A stretch of 64,000 bases of DNA, taken from Eledone cirrhosa. Its lineage: Eukaryota. The position numbers and the translations under genes were made by a program. Shown one piece after another: positions 1-14,000 of the stretch. The notes under the pieces are model-generated. The model ran no database searches, was not told where the DNA came from, and saw nothing but the letters and a program-made list of their open reading frames with translations. The stretch covers positions 78,554,001 through 78,618,000 of the forward strand of contig OZ024747.1 of NCBI GenBank assembly GCA_964016885.1. The letters are read 5' to 3'. Each line of letters begins with the position of its first letter. Within the stretch, counting starts at the first letter, position 1.

Positions 1-1249
1 TAGAATTAGACTAATACCTGACACTATCTCATGTCAACAGTCACCACAACTATAGAATTAGACTAATACCTGACACAATCTCATGACAACAGTGACCACA
101 ACTATAGAATTAGACTAATACCTGACACTATCTCATGTCAACAGTGACCACAACTATAGAATTAGACTAATACCTGACACTATCTCATGACAACAGTGAC
201 CACAACTATAGTATTAGACTAATACCTGACACAATCTCATGACAACAGTGACCACAACTATAGAATTAGACTAATACCTGACACTATCTCATGTCAACAG
301 TGACCACAACTATAGAATTAGACTAATACCTGACACTATCTCATGACAACAGTGACCACAACTATAGAATTAGACTAATACCTGACACTATCTGATGACA
401 ACAGTGACCACAACTATAGAATTAGACTAATACCTGACACTATCTCATGACAACAGTGACCACAACTATAGAATTAGACTAATACCTGACACTATCTGAT
501 GACAACAGTGACCACAACTATAGAATTAGACTAATACCTGACACTATCTCATGACAACAGTGACCACAACTATAGAATTAGACTAATACCTGACACTATC
601 TCATGTCAACAGTGACCACAACTATAGAATTAGACTAATACCTGACACTATCTCATGACAACAGTGACCACAACTATAGAATTAGACTAATACCTGACAC
701 TATCTCATGACAACAGTGACCACAACTATAGAATTAGACTAATACCTGACACTATCTCATGTCAACAGTGACCACAACTATAGAATTAGACTAATACCTG
801 ACACTACCTCATGACAACAGTGACCACAACTATAGAATTAGACTAATACCTGACACTATCTGATGACAACAGTGACCACAACTATAGAATTAGACTAATA
901 CCTGACACTATCTGATGACAACAGTGACCACAACTATAGAATTAGAGTAATACCTGACACTATCTCATGACAAAAGTGACCACAACTATAGAATTAGACT
1001 AATACCTGACACTATCTCATGACAACAGTGACCACAACTATAGAATTAGACTAATACCTGACACTATCTGATGACAACAGTGACCACAACTATAGAATTA
1101 GACTAATACCTGACACTATCTGATGACAACAGTGACCACAACTATAGAATTAGGCTAATACCTGACACTATCTCATGACAACAGTGACCACAACTATAGA
1201 ATTAGACTAATACCTGACACTATCTCATGACAACAGTGACCACAACTAT

Positions 1250-1872
1250 AGAATTAGACTAATACCTGACACTATCTCATGACAACAGTGACCACAACTA
1301 TAGAATTAGACAAATACCTGACACTATCTCATGACAACAGTGACCACAACTATAGAATTAGACTAATACCTGACACTATCTCATGACAACAGTGACCACA
1401 ACTATAGAATTAGACAAATACCTGACACTATCTCATGACAACAGTGACCACAACTATAGAATTAGACTAATACCTGACACTATCTCATGACAACAGTGAC
1501 CACAACTATAGAATTAGACAAATACCTGACACTATCTCATGACAACAGTGACCACAACTATAGAATTAGACTAATACCTGACACTATCTCATGACAACAG
1601 TGACCACAACTATAGAATTAGACAAATACCTGACACTATCTCATGACAACAGTGACCACAACTATAGAATTAGACTAATACCTGACACTATCTCATGACA
1701 ACAGTGACCACAACTATAGAATTAGACAAATACCTGACACTATCTCATGACAACAGTGACCACAACTATAGAATTAGACTAATACCTGACACTATCTCAT
1801 GACAACAGTGACCACAACTATAGAATTAGACAAGTACCTGACACTATCTCATGACAACAGTGACCACAACTA
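1250..1872 (+). repeat. 104-bp dimeric higher-order repeat, 6 copies
   Basis: The T12A variant (GACAAATA) occurs at 1312, 1416, 1520, 1624, 1728 and 1832, strictly every second monomer. Confidence 0.9.
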
Positions 1873-2154
1873 TAGAATTAGACTAATACCTGACACTATC
1901 TCATGACAACAGTGACCACAACTATAGAATTAGACTAATACCTGACACTACCTCATGACAACAGTGACCACAACTATAGAATTAGACAAATACCTGACAC
2001 TATCTCATGACAACAGTGACCACAACTATAGAATTAGACTAATACCTGACACTATCTCATGTCAACAGTCACCACAACTATAGAATTAGACTAATACCTG
2101 ACACAATCTCATGACAACAGTGACCACAACTATAGAATTAGACTAATACCTGAC

Positions 2155-5100
2155 ACTATCTCATGTCAACAGTGACCACAACTATAGAATTAGACTAATA
2201 CCTGACACTATCTCATGACAACAGTGACCACAACTATAGTATTAGACTAATACCTGACACAATCTCATGACAACAGTGACCACAACTATAGAATTAGACT
2301 AATACCTGACACTATCTCATGTCAACAGTGACCACAACTATAGAATTAGACTAATACCTGACACTATCTCATGACAACAGTGACCACAACTATAGAATTA
2401 GACTAATACCTGACACAATCTCATGACAACAGTGACCACAACTATAGAATTAGACTAATACCTGACACTATCTCATGTCAACAGTGACCACAACTATAGA
2501 ATTAGACTAATACCTGACACTATCTCATGACAACAGTGACCACAACTATAGAATTAGACTAATACCTGACACTATCTCATGTCAACAGTGACCACAACTA
2601 TAGAATTAGACTAATACCTGACACTATCTCATGTCAACAGTGACCACAACTATAGAATTAGACTAATACCTGACACTATCTCATGACAACAGTGACCACA
2701 ACTATAGAATTAGACTAATACCTGACACTATCACATGACAACAGTGACCACAACTATAGAATTAGACTAATACCTGACACTATCTCATGACAACAGTGAC
2801 CACAACTATAGAATTAGACTAATACCTGACACTATCTCATGTCAACAGTGACCACAACTATAGAATTAGACTAATACCTGACACTATCTCATGACAACAG
2901 TGACCACAACTATAGAATTAGAATAATACCTGACACTATCTCATGACAACAGTGACCACAACTATAGAATTAGACTAATACCTGACACTATCTCATGACA
3001 ACAGTGACCACAACTATAGAATTAGACTAATACCTGACACTATCTCATGTCAACAGTGACCACAACTATAGAATTAGACTAATACCTGACACTATCTCAT
3101 GACAGCAGTGACCACAACTATAGAATTAGACTAATACCTGACACTATCTCATGACAACAGTGACCACAACTATAGAATTAGACTAATACCTGACACTATC
3201 TCATGTCAACAGTGACCACAACTATAGAATTAGACTAATACCTGACACTATCTCATGACAACAGTGACCACAACTATAGAATTAGACTAATACCTGACAC
3301 AATCTCATGACAACAGTGACCACAACTATAGAATTAGACTAATACCTGACACTATCTCATGACAACAGTGACCACAACTATAGAATTAGACTAATACCTG
3401 ACACTATCTCATGTCAACAGTGACCACAACTATAGAATTAGACTAATACCTGACACTATCTCATGACAACAGTGACCACAACTATAGAATTAGACTAATA
3501 CCTGACACAATCTCATGACAACAGTGACCACAACTATAGAATTAGACTAATACCTGACACTATCTCATGACAACAGTGACCACAACTATAGAATTAGACT
3601 AATACCTGACACTATCTCATGACAACAGTGACCACAATAATAGAATTAGACTAATACCTGACACTATCTCATGACAACAGTGACAACATCTATAGAATTA
3701 GACTAATACCTGACACTATCTCATGACAACAGTGACCACATCTATAGAATTAGACTAATACCTGACACTATCTCATGACAACAGTGACCACAACTATAGA
3801 ATTAGACTAATACCTGACACTATCTCATGACAACAGTGACCACAACTATAGAATTAGACTAATACCTGACACTATCTCATGACAACAGTGACCACAACTA
3901 TAGAATTAGACTAATACCTGACACTATCTCATGACAACAGTGACCACATCTATAGAATTAGACTAATACCTGACACTATCTCATGACAACAGTGACCACA
4001 ACTATAGAATTAGACTAATACCTGACACTATCTCATGACAACAGTGACCACAACTATAGAATTAGACTAATACCTGACACTATCTCATGACAACAGTGAC
4101 CACAACTATAGAATTAGACTAATACCTGACACTATCTCATGACAACAGTGACCACAACTATAGAATTAGACTAATACCTGACACTATCTCATGATAACAG
4201 TGACCACAACTATAGAATTAGACTAATACCTGACACTATCTCATGATAACAGTGACCACAACTATAGAATTAGACTAATACCTGACACTATCTCATGACA
4301 ACAGTGACCACAACTATTGAATTAGACTAATACCTGACACTATCTCATGATAACAGTGACCACAACTATAGAATTAGACTAATACCTGACACTATCTTAT
4401 GACAACAGTGACCACAACTATAGAATTAGACTAATACCTGACACTATCTTATGACAACAGTGACCACAACTATAGAATTAGACTAATACCTGACACTATC
4501 TTATGACAACAGTGACCACAACTATAGAATTAGACTAATACCTGACACTATCTCATGATAACAGTGACCACAACTATAGAATTAGACTAATACCTGACAC
4601 TATCTCATGACAACAGTGACCACAACTATAGAATTAGACTAATACCTGACACTATCTCATATCAACAGTGACCACAACTATAGAATTAGACTAATACCTG
4701 ACACTATCTCACGTCAACAGTGACCACAACTATAGAATTAGACTAATACCTGACACTATCTCATATCAACAGTGACCACAACTATAGAATTAGACTAATA
4801 CCTGACACTATCTCACGTCAACAGTGACCACAACTATAGAATTAGACTAATACCTGAGACTATCTCATGTCAACAGTGACCACAACTATAGAATTAGACT
4901 AATACCTGACACTATCTCATGACAACAGTGACCACAACTATAGTATTAGACTAATACCTGACACAATCTCATGACAACAGTGACCACAACTATAGAATTA
5001 GACTAATACCTGACACTATCTCATGTCAACAGTGACCACAACTATAGAATTAGACTAATACCTGACACTATCTCATGACAACAGTGACCACAACTATAGA

Positions 5101-7354
5101 ATTAGACTAATACCTGACACAATCTCATGACAACAGTGACCACAACTATAGAATTAGACTAATACCTGACACTATCTCATGTCAACAGTGACCACAACTA
5201 TAGAATTAGACTAATACCTGACACTATCTCATGACAACAGTGACCACAACTATAGAATTAGACTAATACCTGACACTATCTCATGTCAACAGTGACCACA
5301 ACTATAGAATTAGACTAATACCTGACACTATCTCATGTCAACAGTGACCACAACTATAGAATTAGACTAATACCTGACACTATCTCATGACAACAGTGAC
5401 CACAACTATAGAATTAGACTAATACCTGACACTATCACATGACAACAGTGACCACAACTATAGAATTAGACTAATACCTGACACTATCTCATGACAACAG
5501 TGACCACAACTATAGAATTAGACTAATACCTGACACTATCTCATGTCAACAGTGACCACAACTATAGAATTAGACTAATACCTGACACTATCTCATGACA
5601 ACAGTGACCACAACTATAGAATTAGAATAATACCTGACACTATCTCATGACAACAGTGACCACAACTATAGAATTAGACTAATACCTGACACTATCTCAT
5701 GACAACAGTGACCACAACTATAGAATTAGACTAATACCTGACACTATCTCATGTCAACAGTGACCACAACTATAGAATTAGACTAATACCTGACACTATC
5801 TCATGACAGCAGTGACCACAACTATAGAATTAGACTAATACCTGACACTATCTCATGACAACAGTGACCACAACTATAGAATTAGACTAATACCTGACAC
5901 TATCTCATGTCAACAGTGACCACAACTATAGAATTAGACTAATACCTGACACTATCTCATGACAACAGTGACCACAACTATAGAATTAGACTAATACCTG
6001 ACACAATCTCATGACAACAGTGACCACAACTATAGAATTAGACTAATACCTGACACTATCTCATGACAACAGTGACCACAACTATAGAATTAGACTAATA
6101 CCTGACACTATCTCATGTCAACAGTGACCACAACTATAGAATTAGACTAATACCTGACACTATCTCATGACAACAGTGACCACAACTATAGAATTAGACT
6201 AATACCTGACACAATCTCATGACAACAGTGACCACAACTATAGAATTAGACTAATACCTGACACTATCTCATGACAACAGTGACCACAACTATAGAATTA
6301 GACTAATACCTGACACTATCTCATGACAACAGTGACCACAATAATAGAATTAGACTAATACCTGACACTATCTCATGACAACAGTGACAACATCTATAGA
6401 ATTAGACTAATACCTGACACTATCTCATGACAACAGTGACCACATCTATAGAATTAGACTAATACCTGACACTATCTCATGACAACAGTGACCACAACTA
6501 TAGAATTAGACTAATACCTGACACTATCTCATGACAACAGTGACCACAACTATAGAATTAGACTAATACCTGACACTATCTCATGACAACAGTGACCACA
6601 ACTATAGAATTAGACTAATACCTGACACTATCTCATGACAACAGTGACCACATCTATAGAATTAGACTAATACCTGACACTATCTCATGACAACAGTGAC
6701 CACAACTATAGAATTAGACTAATACCTGACACTATCTCATGACAACAGTGACCACAACTATAGAATTAGACTAATACCTGACACTATCTCATGACAACAG
6801 TGACCACAACTATAGAATTAGACTAATACCTGACACTATCTCATGACAACAGTGACCACAACTATAGAATTAGACTAATACCTGACACTATCTCATGATA
6901 ACAGTGACCACAACTATAGAATTAGACTAATACCTGACACTATCTCATGATAACAGTGACCACAACTATAGAATTAGACTAATACCTGACACTATCTCAT
7001 GACAACAGTGACCACAACTATTGAATTAGACTAATACCTGACACTATCTCATGATAACAGTGACCACAACTATAGAATTAGACTAATACCTGACACTATC
7101 TTATGACAACAGTGACCACAACTATAGAATTAGACTAATACCTGACACTATCTTATGACAACAGTGACCACAACTATAGAATTAGACTAATACCTGACAC
7201 TATCTTATGACAACAGTGACCACAACTATAGAATTAGACTAATACCTGACACTATCTCATGATAACAGTGACCACAACTATAGAATTAGACTAATACCTG
7301 ACACTATCTCATGACAACAGTGACCACAACTATAGAATTAGACTAATACCTGAC
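2155..7354 (+). repeat. Tandem segmental duplication, offset 52 monomers (2704 bp)
   Basis: Rare variants recur in order at +2704: A4T 2240/4944, T29A 2733/5437, C11A 2923/5627, A37G 3105/5809, CT50-51TA 3638/6342, A2T 4318/7022. Block ends are approximate. Confidence 0.9.
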
Positions 7355-8029
7355 ACTATCTCATGACAACAGTGACCACAACTATAGAATTAGACTAATA
7401 CCTGACACTATCTCATGACAACAGTGGCCACAACTATAGAATTAGACTAATACCTGAAACTATCTCATGACAACAGTGACCACAACTATAGAATTAGACT
7501 AATACCTGACACTATCTCATGACAACAGTGACCACAACTATAGAATTAGACTAATACCTGACACTATCTCATGACAACAGTGACCACAACTATAGAATTA
7601 GACTAATACCTGACACTATCTCATGACAACATTGACCACAACTATAGAATTAGACTAATACCTGACACTGTCTCATGACAACAGTGACCAGAACTATAGA
7701 ATTAGACTAATACCTGACACTATCTCATGACAACAGTGACCACAACTATAGAATTAGACTAATACCTGACACTATCTCATGATAACAGTGACCTCAACTA
7801 TATAATTAGACTAATACCTGACACTATCTCACGTCAACAGTGACCACAACTATAGAATTAGACTAATACCTGACACTATCTCACATCAACAGTGACCAAA
7901 ACTATAGAATTAGACTAATACCTGACACTATCTCATGTCAACAGTGACCACAACTATAGAATTAGACTAATACCTGACACTATCTCATGAAAACAGTGAC
8001 CACAACTATAGAATTAGACTAATACCTGA

Positions 8030-11000
8030 CACTATCTCACATCAACAGTGACCAAAACTATAGAATTAGACTAATACCTGACACTATCTCATGTCAACAG
8101 TGACCACAACTATAGAATTAGACTAATACCTGACACTATCTCATGAAAACAGTGACCACAACTATAGAATTAGACTAATAACTGACACTATCTCATGATA
8201 ACAGTGACCTCAACTATAGAATTAGACTAATACCTGACACTATCTCATGACAACAGTGACCACAACTATAGAATTAGACTAATACCTGACACTATCTCAT
8301 GATAACAGTGACCTCAACTATAGAATTAGACTAATACCTGACACTATCTCATGACAACAGTGACCACAACTATAGAATTAGACTAATACCTGACACTATC
8401 TCATGACAACAGTGACCACAACTATAGAATTAGACTAATACCTGACACTATCTCATGACAACAGTGACCACAACTATAGAATTAGACTAATACCTGACAC
8501 TATCTCATGACAACAGTGACCACAACTATAGAATTAGACTAATACCTGACACTATCTCATGTCAACAGTGACCTCAACTATAGAATTAGACTAATACCTG
8601 ACACTATCTCATGACAACAGTGACCACAACTATAGAATTAGACTAATACCTGACACTATCTCATGACAACAGTGACCACAACTCTAGAATTAGACTAATA
8701 CCTGACACTATCTCATGACAACAGTGACCACAACTATAGAATTAGACTAATACCTGACACTATCTCATGACAACAGTGACCTCAACTATAGAATTAGACT
8801 AATACCTGACACTATCTCATGACAACAGTGACCACAACTATAGAATTAGACTAATACCTGACACTATCTCATGTCAACAGTGACCACAACTATAGAATTA
8901 GACTAATACCTGACACTATCTCATGTCAACAGTGATCACAACTATAGAATTAGACTAATACCTGACACTATCTCATGACAACAGTGACCACAACTATAGA
9001 ATTAGACTAATACCTGACACTATCTCATGTCAACAGTGACCACAACTATAGAATTAGACTAATACCTGACACTATCTCATGACAACAGTGACCTCAACTA
9101 TAGAATTAGACTAATACCTGACACTATCTCATGATAACAGTGACCTCAACTATAGAATTAGACTAATACCTGACACTATCTCACATCAACAGTGACCACA
9201 ACTATAGAATTAGACTAATACCTGACACTATCTCATGACAACAGTGACCACAACTATAGAATTAGACTAATACCTGACACTATCTCATGACAACAGTGAC
9301 CACAACTATAGAATTAGACTAATACCTGACACTATCTCATGATAACAGTGACCTCAACTATAGAATTAGACTAATACCTGACACTATCTCATGACAACAG
9401 TGACCTCAACTATAGAATTAGACTAATACCTGACACTATCTAATGACAACAGTGACCACAACTATAGAATTAGACTAATACCTGACACTATCTCATGACA
9501 ACAGTGACCACAACTATAGAATTAGACTAATACCTGACACTATCTCACATCAACAGTGACCACAACTATAGAATTAGACTAATACCTGACACTATCTCAC
9601 ATCAACAGTGACCACAACTATAGAATTAGACTAATACCTGACACTATCTCACATCAACAGTGACCACAACTATAGAATTAGACTAATACCTGACACTATC
9701 TCACGTCAACAGTGACCACAACTATAGAATTAGACTAATACCTGACACTATCTCATGTCAACAGTGACCACAACTATAGAATTAGACTAATACCTGACAC
9801 TATCTCATGACAACAGTGACCACAACTATAGAATTAGACTAATACCTGACACTATCTCACATCAACAGTGACCACAACTATAGAATTAGACTAATACCTG
9901 ACACTATCTCATGACAACAGTGACCACAACTATAGAATTAGACTAATACCTGACACTATCTCACATCAACAGTGACCACAACTATAGAATTAGACTAATA
10001 CCTGACACTATCTCACATCAACAGTGACCACAACTATAGAATTAGACTAATACCTGACACTATCTCATGACAACAGTGACCACAACTATAGAATTAGACA
10101 AATACCTGACACTATCTCATGACAACAGTGACCACAACTATAGAATTAGACTAATACCTGACACTATCTCATGACAACAGTGACCACAACTATAGAATTA
10201 GACTAATACCTGACACTACCTCATGACAACAGTGACCACAACTATAGAATTAGACAAATACCTGACACTATCTCATGACAACAGTGACCACAACTATAGA
10301 ATTAGACTAATACCTGACACTATCTCATGTCAACAGTCACCACAACTATAGAATTAGACTAATACCTGACACAATCTCATGACAACAGTGACCACAACTA
10401 TAGAATTAGACTAATACCTGACACTATCTCATGTCAACAGTGACCACAACTATAGAATTAGACTAATACCTGACACTATCTCATGACAACAGTGACCACA
10501 ACTATAGTATTAGACTAATACCTGACACAATCTCATGACAACAGTGACCACAACTATAGAATTAGACTAATACCTGACACTATCTCATGTCAACAGTGAC
10601 CACAACTATAGAATTAGACTAATACCTGACACTATCTCATGACAACAGTGACCACAACTATAGAATTAGACTAATACCTGACACTATCTCATGACAACAG
10701 TGACCACAACTATAGAATTAGACTAATACCTGACACTATCTCATGACAACAGTGACCACAACTATAGAATTAGACTAATACCTGACACTATCTCATGACA
10801 ACAGTGACCACAACTATAGAATTAGACTAATACCTGACACTATCTCATGATAACAGTGACCACAACTATAGAATTAGACTAATACCTGACACTATCTCAT
10901 GATAACAGTGACCACAACTATAGAATTAGACTAATACCTGACACTATCTCATGACAACAGTGACCACAACTATTGAATTAGACTAATACCTGACACTATC

Positions 11001-14000
11001 TCATGATAACAGTGACCACAACTATAGAATTAGACTAATACCTGACACTATCTTATGACAACAGTGACCACAACTATAGAATTAGACTAATACCTGACAC
11101 TATCTTATGACAACAGTGACCACAACTATAGAATTAGACTAATACCTGACACTATCTTATGACAACAGTGACCACAACTATAGAATTAGACTAATACCTG
11201 ACACTATCTCATGATAACAGTGACCACAACTATAGAATTAGACTAATACCTGACACTATCTCATGACAACAGTGACCACAACTATAGAATTAGACTAATA
11301 CCTGACACTATCTCATATCAACAGTGACCACAACTATAGAATTAGACTAATACCTGACACTATCTCACGTCAACAGTGACCACAACTATAGAATTAGACT
11401 AATACCTGAGACTATCTCATGTCAACAGTGACCACAACTATAGAATTAGACTAATACCTGACACTATCTCATGACAACAGTGACCACAACTATAGAATTA
11501 GACTAATACCTGACACTATCTCATGACAACAGTGGCCACAACTATAGAATTAGACTAATACCTGAAACTATCTCATGACAACAGTGACCACAACTATAGA
11601 ATTAGACTAATACCTGACACTATCTCATGACAACAGTGACCACAACTATAGAATTAGACTAATACCTGACACTATCTCATGACAACAGTGACCACAACTA
11701 TAGAATTAGACTAATACCTGACACTATCTCATGACAACATTGACCACAACTATAGAATTAGACTAATACCTGACACTGTCTCATGACAACAGTGACCAGA
11801 ACTATAGAATTAGACTAATACCTGACACTATCTCATGACAACAGTGACCACAACTATAGAATTAGACTAATACCTGACACTATCTCATGATAACAGTGAC
11901 CTCAACTATATAATTAGACTAATACCTGACACTATCTCACGTCAACAGTGACCACAACTATAGAATTAGACTAATACCTGACACTATCTCATGTCAACAG
12001 TGACCACAACTATAGAATTAGACTAATACCTGACACTATCTCATGACAACAGTGACCTCAACTATAGAATTAGACTAATACCTGACACTATCTCATGATA
12101 ACAGTGACCTCAACTATAGAATTAGACTAATACCTGACACTATCTCACATCAACAGTGACCACAACTATAGAATTAGACTAATACCTGACACTATCTCAT
12201 GACAACAGTGACCACAACTATAGAATTAGACTAATACCTGACACTATCTCATGACAACAGTGACCACAACTATAGAATTAGACTAATACCTGACACTATC
12301 TCATGATAACAGTGACCTCAACTATAGAATTAGACTAATACCTGACACTATCTCATGACAACAGTGACCTCAACTATAGAATTAGACTAATACCTGACAC
12401 TATCTAATGACAACAGTGACCACAACTATAGAATTAGACTAATACCTGACACTATCTCATGACAACAGTGACCACAACTATAGAATTAGACTAATACCTG
12501 ACACTATCTCACATCAACAGTGACCACAACTATAGAATTAGACTAATACCTGACACTATCTCACATCAACAGTGACCACAACTATAGAATTAGACTAATA
12601 CCTGACACTATCTCACATCAACAGTGACCACAACTATAGAATTAGACTAATACCTGACACTATCTCACGTCAACAGTGACCACAACTATAGAATTAGACT
12701 AATACCTGAGACTATCTCATGTCAACAGTGACCACAACTATAGAATTAGACTAATACCTGACACTATCTCATGACAACAGTGACCACAACTATAGAATTA
12801 GACTAATACCTGACACTATCTCATGACAACAGTGGCCACAACTATAGAATTAGACTAATACCTGAAACTATCTCATGACAACAGTGACCACAACTATAGA
12901 ATTAGACTAATACCTGACACTATCTCATGACAACAGTGACCACAACTATAGAATTAGACTAATACCTGACACTATCTCATGACAACAGTGACCACAACTA
13001 TAGAATTAGACTAATACCTGACACTATCTCATGACAACATTGACCACAACTATAGAATTAGACTAATACCTGACACTGTCTCATGACAACAGTGACCAGA
13101 ACTATAGAATTAGACTAATACCTGACACTATCTCATGACAACAGTGACCACAACTATAGAATTAGACTAATACCTGACACTATCTCATGATAACAGTGAC
13201 CTCAACTATATAATTAGACTAATACCTGACACTATCTCACGTCAACAGTGACCACAACTATAGAATTAGACTAATACCTGACACTATCTCACATCAACAG
13301 TGACCAAAACTATAGAATTAGACTAATACCTGACACTATCTCATGTCAACAGTGACCACAACTATAGAATTAGACTAATACCTGACACTATCTCATGAAA
13401 ACAGTGACCACAACTATAGAATTAGACTAATAACTGACACTATCTCATGATAACAGTGACCTCAACTATAGAATTAGACTAATACCTGACACTATCTCAT
13501 GACAACAGTGACCACAACTATAGAATTAGACTAATACCTGACACTATCTCATGATAACAGTGACCACAACTATAGAATTAGACTAATACCTGACACTATC
13601 TCATGACAACAGTGACCACAACTATAGAATTAGACTAATACCTGACACTATCTCATGACAACAGTGACCACAACTATAGAATTAGACTAATACCTGACAC
13701 TATCTCATGACAACAGTGACCACAACTATAGAATTAGACTAATACCTGACACTATCTCATGACAACAGTGACCACAACTATAGAATTAGACTAATACCTG
13801 ACACTATCTCATGTCAACAGTGACCTCAACTATAGAATTAGACTAATACCTGACACTATCTCATGACAACAGTGACCACAACTATAGAATTAGACTAATA
13901 CCTGACACTATCTCATGACAACAGTGACCACAACTCTAGAATTAGACTAATACCTGACACTATCTCATGACAACAGTGACCACAACTATAGAATTAGACT

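Noticed and set aside
1-52. Transcription-factor site array (RUNX-like TGTGGTC on the minus strand, TALE-type TGACA/TGTCA, homeodomain TAAT, CRE-like TGACGT in CACGTCA variants)
   Set aside because: These 4-7 bp motifs occur readily by chance in any monomer. The host is unknown and there is no binding evidence.
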